In this document: positions 13,963 through 18,219 of the stretch, in pieces
Layout: each line of letters opens with the position of its first letter
Position numbering within the stretch: position 1 is the stretch's first letter
Origin: Nitrososphaerales archaeon TH1920
GTDB lineage: Archaea > Thermoproteota > Nitrososphaeria > Nitrososphaerales > Nitrososphaeraceae
Length of the DNA: 18,219 nt
Direction: 5' to 3'
Assembly: GCA_014523495.1 (NCBI GenBank)
Contig: JAATVM010000116.1
Span: forward strand, 1-18,219
The notes under the pieces: generated by a model
The model's input: the letters and a program-made list of their open reading frames with translations, nothing else
The model's database searches: none
Told to the model about the DNA's origin: nothing
Made by a program: the position numbers and the translations under genes

Positions 13963-15456
13963 TTGTGTGGAGCTAAGTTAATTTTGTTTATAGGCAGGCA
14001 TTTTCATATCCGGGATTTTGTCAAGATATTGATTTTTGCCATGCTCATGATTTTTGTCTATATTATTGGAGCTATTTTGGATACTGAATCATTCGCAATT
14101 GAAGATTCTTCTTCAGTGGTACTAGGGAATGAAACGATGGACTCAATAAATCCACAATTTTCAGTGTCCGAAGATCGTATTTATGCATCGTGGATATCTA
14201 ATATCAATTCACAAAATAGCGAGGTGATCTTCAAAAAGATCGATAATGCCGTAAAATCATTTACCAATACGAAGGACATAAGTAAGACACCTGGAATTTC
14301 AAATATAATAAAATTAAGACATAGTAAAAATAACGTCTACATAACGTGGGAAGATAAGCAAGCAGATCAATGGAAATTGTTATTTCGGAAAAGTCAAGAC
14401 CACGGTGAAAAGTTTGGGAATGTAACAAACTTGAGTAAAGCTACTGGTAACGTACACCTTCATGATCTCTCAGCAGAGGGAAAAAATCTATTCGTAGTAT
14501 GGGCCGCAAACGAGAATACAACCTCTAAAAACAAGGAAGTATTCTTTAGGAAAAGTTTGAATTATGGTGATTCTTTTAGTGATACTGTCAATTTAAGCAA
14601 TAGTAATGACGACTCTCTCGACCCGCATATGATCATAAATCGTGATGGGTCTATGATCTATATAGTTTGGACCGAATGTGATATTAGACACGACGATCCT
14701 ATATGCAGGATAGTTTTCACAAGAAGTTTGGATCAAGGTAATACTTTTACGATTCCAAAAAGGGTAAGCGATACAGTGCCATCTCCTAAAAGAATAACAA
14801 GTTATCCTACCCTTGATAGTGAATCAAAATCTAACGCATCCCGTCCTCATATATTCAATAATGCAACAGTACAAGAAGAAAACTACTCAATAAATCCCTC
14901 AATTTTTGCCACAATTGATGGTAAGAAAGTATATGTATTATGGGAGGAAGATTTATTTGGAACGGGGCGTTCAGAGATATTTCTCACAGTTAGTAATGAT
15001 TATGGTAAATCGTTTAATTCAACAATTAACGTTAGCAATACATCAGGCATTTCCCGACTTGCACAAGGAGAGATAGAGGGGCAAGATTTGTATGTAGTTT
15101 GGTCTGATACACTAGAGGATAACAATAAGTTTGATGTCATGTTAAGAAAAATTGATGCAAATAACATACCTGCAAAGGTGATAAATTTAAGCAATAATGC
15201 TGCAAATTCTGTCTCTCCAATCTTATTGGTCAGGAATAACACGATTTTTGTCGCCTGGACAGATGAAGCCAATAAGTCTTCAATAATATTGTGGAAGGGT
15301 GATAATTCCGGATCATCTGGTATCAAAAAGGAAATGGATAGCAGATACGCAGAACTTTCCTCAAGTCCCTTAATTTTTGATACAAAGGATAAAGTTTGGA
15401 TTTCCTGGACAGAATACTACAATAATAAGCACAGGATTGCTTTAATTGACCCATAA
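13963..15456 (+). CDS. Secreted or membrane-anchored Asp-box (BNR) repeat beta-propeller protein, sialidase-like fold
   Basis: There is an N-terminal hydrophobic anchor/signal ('ILIFAMLMIFVYIIGAIL'). Four clean Asp-boxes are present: SQDHGEKF, SLNYGDSF, SLDQGNTF and SNDYGKSF. An aromatic-x-x-W strand motif (e.g. 'VYITW', 'VWISW') recurs eight times at a ~52-aa period. There are many N-x-S/T sequons. The start is uncertain: TTG 13963, TTG 13984, or ATG 14041/14047. Confidence 0.85.
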   Translation: MCGAKLILFIGRHFHIRDFVKILIFAMLMIFVYIIGAILDTESFAIEDSSSVVLGNETMDSINPQFSVSEDRIYASWISNINSQNSEVIFKKIDNAVKSFTNTKDISKTPGISNIIKLRHSKNNVYITWEDKQADQWKLLFRKSQDHGEKFGNVTNLSKATGNVHLHDLSAEGKNLFVVWAANENTTSKNKEVFFRKSLNYGDSFSDTVNLSNSNDDSLDPHMIINRDGSMIYIVWTECDIRHDDPICRIVFTRSLDQGNTFTIPKRVSDTVPSPKRITSYPTLDSESKSNASRPHIFNNATVQEENYSINPSIFATIDGKKVYVLWEEDLFGTGRSEIFLTVSNDYGKSFNSTINVSNTSGISRLAQGEIEGQDLYVVWSDTLEDNNKFDVMLRKIDANNIPAKVINLSNNAANSVSPILLVRNNTIFVAWTDEANKSSIILWKGDNSGSSGIKKEMDSRYAELSSSPLIFDTKDKVWISWTEYYNNKHRIALIDP

Positions 15457-15633
15457 GAACGTAATAACCCTAGTTGAAGCACCATATTAATTGTTTAATT
15501 TATTTACTAATACTAATTCTAGGAATTAAAATCAGCATAGAAGTTCAGTCCCTTTTTTAGAATTTTAGATACCACTTTATAAGAACAATTTGATTTATGT
15601 ACATGAGGGAGTCATTGATTTTGATTAGTTAGC

Positions 15634-16524
15634 TTATTTTTTATTCATAACAATATTATTCAGTGGAAATTTCAAGTTTTTCGCAATTACGGTTACTAAG
15701 AACAGTGACACCATTGTTAAGGTTATCATTCCGCTTGGAACTAAGTTTACATAATATGAGAGCACTATTCCAAAAACAACAGAAAAAATTGAAATTGCGC
15801 ATGAAATAAAGATTGTTTTCTTGAATCCTTTTCGAATCATCAGTGCGGTAATGTTTGGTATCACTATCAACGACGAAATTAGCAGTACGCCTACGAGTCT
15901 TATTGATGCTATTATAGTTATGGTCGCAAGGATAATAAAGAGTGTATTGATCCAAGTTACGTTCAATCCGCTGACTTTTGCTTGTTTCTCATCAAATACT
16001 ATAAGAATTAATTTTTTGTAAAGTAGATAAATTACTGGAATAACTATAGCATCTGTAATCAAAATCATAATTAGGTCCTCATTACTCACAAGAAGAATAT
16101 TTCCAAAAAGAAAACTAAACAAATTTATCGTAAATCCTCCAGAAATACTGATCAAAATAACTCCAATAGCCAGACCGGACGTTAAAAGCACTGCAATAGA
16201 AGAATCGGATGGTATCTTGGTTGATTCTCGTAATTTATTCACACCAACTGCGGACAAAATGGATACAATGTATGCTGTCCACAATGGATAGATTCCAATG
16301 AATAGTCCCAATGATATACCACCAAATGCCACATGGGCTAGAGCATCCCCAAATAATGAATGTCTCTTAAGCACGAGAAAGAGACCAACTATGGAACAAA
16401 TTATCGAAATAGCTATTGCAGATATTAATGCTCTTTGCATAAAGCCAAATTGAATGATATCAAAAAACATTTCCATCAAGTCTATCTTTCTATTCTGTTG
16501 TTTCCATTTTTTTTGAATTGCCAA
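15634..16524 (-). CDS. znuB: Metal (Zn/Mn-type) ABC transporter permease, ABC-3 family
   Basis: Highly hydrophobic polytopic protein of ~296 aa. 'GDALAHVAFGG' is typical of ZnuB/MntB-type permeases. It follows znuC. The true start may be the internal ATG at 16476 ('MEMFFDI...'), which would remove the 35-nt overlap with znuC. Confidence 0.9.
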   Translation of the reverse strand: MAIQKKWKQQNRKIDLMEMFFDIIQFGFMQRALISAIAISIICSIVGLFLVLKRHSLFGDALAHVAFGGISLGLFIGIYPLWTAYIVSILSAVGVNKLRESTKIPSDSSIAVLLTSGLAIGVILISISGGFTINLFSFLFGNILLVSNEDLIMILITDAIVIPVIYLLYKKLILIVFDEKQAKVSGLNVTWINTLFIILATITIIASIRLVGVLLISSLIVIPNITALMIRKGFKKTIFISCAISIFSVVFGIVLSYYVNLVPSGMITLTMVSLFLVTVIAKNLKFPLNNIVMNKK

Positions 16525-17248
16525 AGTGGAGATTCATGTGTGATTGCATGGCAAATTCTACGTAAGATTTCATTCGTTCTTCATTTCCAAAGAAATCCTC
16601 TGATTCGCCATGAAAGAACAATTTCTTATCAATACAGGCTACCTTACTTGCAAGTTTTTGGACAGCGTTCATATCATGTGAGGACCACACAATAGTAATT
16701 TTCCTTTCTTTATTCAATTTAGTCAATAGATCATAAAATTTTTCCTGAGCGCCAGAATCAATACCTGTAGTGGGTTCATCCAATATCAATAAATCAGGTT
16801 CTTTTACGAGCGCTTTAGCAATAATGACTCTCTGTTGCTGACCTTCAGATAGTTCGCCTATTCTTTTATCTTGATACGCATCTAATTCAACAAATTCGAT
16901 TGCATTGTCGATAGTTTCTTTTCTTAATTTCTTTCCAATAATTCCCAATGAAACAATTTCTTTAACAGTTGCAGGAAATGTTTGTTCTACATATTTTTTT
17001 TGTGGCACATATCCGATTCTCTGAAGTGTTTTCTTATTTAGCTTAATGTCGGATCCAAAAAGATTGATTTCACCACTATAATCGTGGATTATTCCAAGCA
17101 TACACTCAAAAAGAGTAGTCTTTCCTGCACCATTTGGACCAATTATTCCAAGAAAATCACCCTTATCTACTGTAAAAGAAATATTGTCCAGCGAAGCAAA
17201 CGAATCATAGTAATATGATAAATTTGCTACGTTAATTATTGATTGCAT
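16490..17248 (-). CDS. znuC: Metal ABC transporter ATP-binding protein
   Basis: Walker A is 'GPNGAGKTT', the signature is 'LSEGQQQR' (a variant of LSGGQ), Walker B is 'LLILDEPTTGID' and the H-loop is 'SSHD'. The start overlaps the znuA 3' end by 13 nt. Confidence 0.9.
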   Translation of the reverse strand: MQSIINVANLSYYYDSFASLDNISFTVDKGDFLGIIGPNGAGKTTLFECMLGIIHDYSGEINLFGSDIKLNKKTLQRIGYVPQKKYVEQTFPATVKEIVSLGIIGKKLRKETIDNAIEFVELDAYQDKRIGELSEGQQQRVIIAKALVKEPDLLILDEPTTGIDSGAQEKFYDLLTKLNKERKITIVWSSHDMNAVQKLASKVACIDKKLFFHGESEDFFGNEERMKSYVEFAMQSHMNLHFGNSKKMETTE

Positions 17249-18219
17249 TGCAATCCCACCCTTAAATTTTTCAAGTTTTCGTACATTTTGGCAATATATC
17301 CAGTTCTAGCATCTTGTTCATTCTTTGTTAGTCCTTCTATGGGACTTAAAACAAGGACTTTACTATCTGGAATTTCTTGGGCAACAACTGATGCGTAGCG
17401 TGGATCTATCAATTCTTCTGAATAGATTACGTGCAAGTTCAAAGTTTTTGCAATATTGATAATTTCTGCTAGATGTGTAGGCGTTATTTCTGCTTCTGGT
17501 CCCGTATCAAAAATACTGTGTTGATTTAGTCCGTATTGTTTAGCAAAGTACGAAAATGAATTATGAAATGATATAAAGTCTTTTTTCTTGCATAACTCCA
17601 AACCAGTTCTTATTGTTTTATCAAGATTATCAAGCTCATTTAAAAAATTCTTTGCGTTGTTAAAGTATGTATCCCTGTTATTAGGATCAATCATGATCAA
17701 CCCATCACGTATATTTTCTACCTCTTTTTTTGCAAGCACTGGATCCAACCATATATGAGGATCAATAGTTATATTACGTTTATCTACATACGAAACATTC
17801 ACACCTTTACTAGCGTCAATTTTATGAGCGGTGTTAATTTTTGCAATCCAATTTTCAATGCCTAAGCCGTTGTATACCAAGACATCGGCAGAATCGACAG
17901 TTTGTATTTGATTTATTGTTGGTTCAAAATCATGTGGTTCAATCCCAGCTGGAATGAGGAGTGATGATTCTATGCTGTCACCGCCAATTTCTCTAACAAA
18001 TTCATTTATCGGAAAAAAGGATGATACTACCTTCAATTTGTCTGAATTAGCAACAGATTGCAAAGCATTGGTTGTATTTCTAGACGTTGCGTTTGTAGTA
18101 TCTAAATCTATTTCTAAAGTCGTATTTGATTTTTGATTTTGAGCGTACAAATTTTGACAATATGAGGAAAATAGAATGGATAAAAATAGATGAGAAAAAA
18201 GTATTATCTTTCTTTTCAC
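17236..18219 (-). CDS. znuA: Metal ABC transporter substrate-binding protein (ZnuA/TroA cluster A-I type)
   Basis: 'GIEPHDFEP', 'DPHIWLDP' and 'SFHNSFSYFA' supply the three His ligands typical of Zn-type members. The signal-like N-terminus 'MKRKIILFSHLFLSILFSS' is followed by an Asn/Thr-rich linker with sequons. The GTG start sits on the last three bases of the window, so upstream extension cannot be excluded. Confidence 0.85.
   Translation of the reverse strand: MKRKIILFSHLFLSILFSSYCQNLYAQNQKSNTTLEIDLDTTNATSRNTTNALQSVANSDKLKVVSSFFPINEFVREIGGDSIESSLLIPAGIEPHDFEPTINQIQTVDSADVLVYNGLGIENWIAKINTAHKIDASKGVNVSYVDKRNITIDPHIWLDPVLAKKEVENIRDGLIMIDPNNRDTYFNNAKNFLNELDNLDKTIRTGLELCKKKDFISFHNSFSYFAKQYGLNQHSIFDTGPEAEITPTHLAEIINIAKTLNLHVIYSEELIDPRYASVVAQEIPDSKVLVLSPIEGLTKNEQDARTGYIAKMYENLKNLRVGLQCNQ

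Noticed and set aside
606-18136. Intragenic antisense or out-of-frame ORFs from the track: 606..824, 990..1172, 3432..3659, 4411..4734, 5979..6305, 7925..8251, 8613..8798, 9930..10118, 12115..12330, 15000..15326, 15656..15955, 15821..16021, 16435..16695, 17954..18136
   Set aside because: Each lies wholly inside, or largely overlaps, a longer ORF with clear family motifs. Their products are Ser/Leu/Ile/Phe-rich, as expected from reading AT-rich coding DNA in the wrong frame or strand. None shows a recognisable domain.

Overview
The window is a strongly AT-rich (by eye about one-third G+C), densely packed archaeal chromosomal segment. Gene content and composition fit an ammonia-oxidising thaumarchaeon (Nitrosopumilales-like), but this is inference only. 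About 20 protein genes are supportable, and most are housekeeping. Plus strand, left end: a translationally coupled trio of a 5'-truncated RecJ/Cdc45-like protein, KEOPS Pcc1 and seryl-tRNA synthetase. Middle: a radical-SAM protein, a full-length PolX with PHP domain, an SRPBCC protein, a stand-alone response-regulator receiver, an XPD/Rad3-family Fe-S helicase, a secreted-domain plus 5-TM protein, and a Roadblock-like small protein. Right of an unusually long spacer: ribosomal protein S3Ae, a COG1325/DUF54 RNA-binding protein and RNase P subunits Rpp30 and Pop5, which form the head of the archaeal exosome superoperon. Right end: a secreted Asp-box (BNR) propeller protein and a znuA-znuC-znuB type metal ABC importer on the minus strand. 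I saw no rRNA, tRNA, CRISPR array, transposase/integrase or recognisable defence island. I do not find a convincing novel multi-gene system. The items most worth a second look are: (i) a K-turn-closed, C/D-box-like small RNA candidate just after the RNase P genes; (ii) a 57-aa membrane ORF below the ORF-track cutoff, with its own TATA and oligo-T, inside an ~0.8 kb gene-poor spacer; (iii) three extra cysteines in the Fe-S domain of the helicase; (iv) a secreted His-motif domain fused to a 5-TM module; (v) a 4+4 internal duplication in the Asp-box protein. All functional calls rest on motif recognition by eye; no database search was possible.
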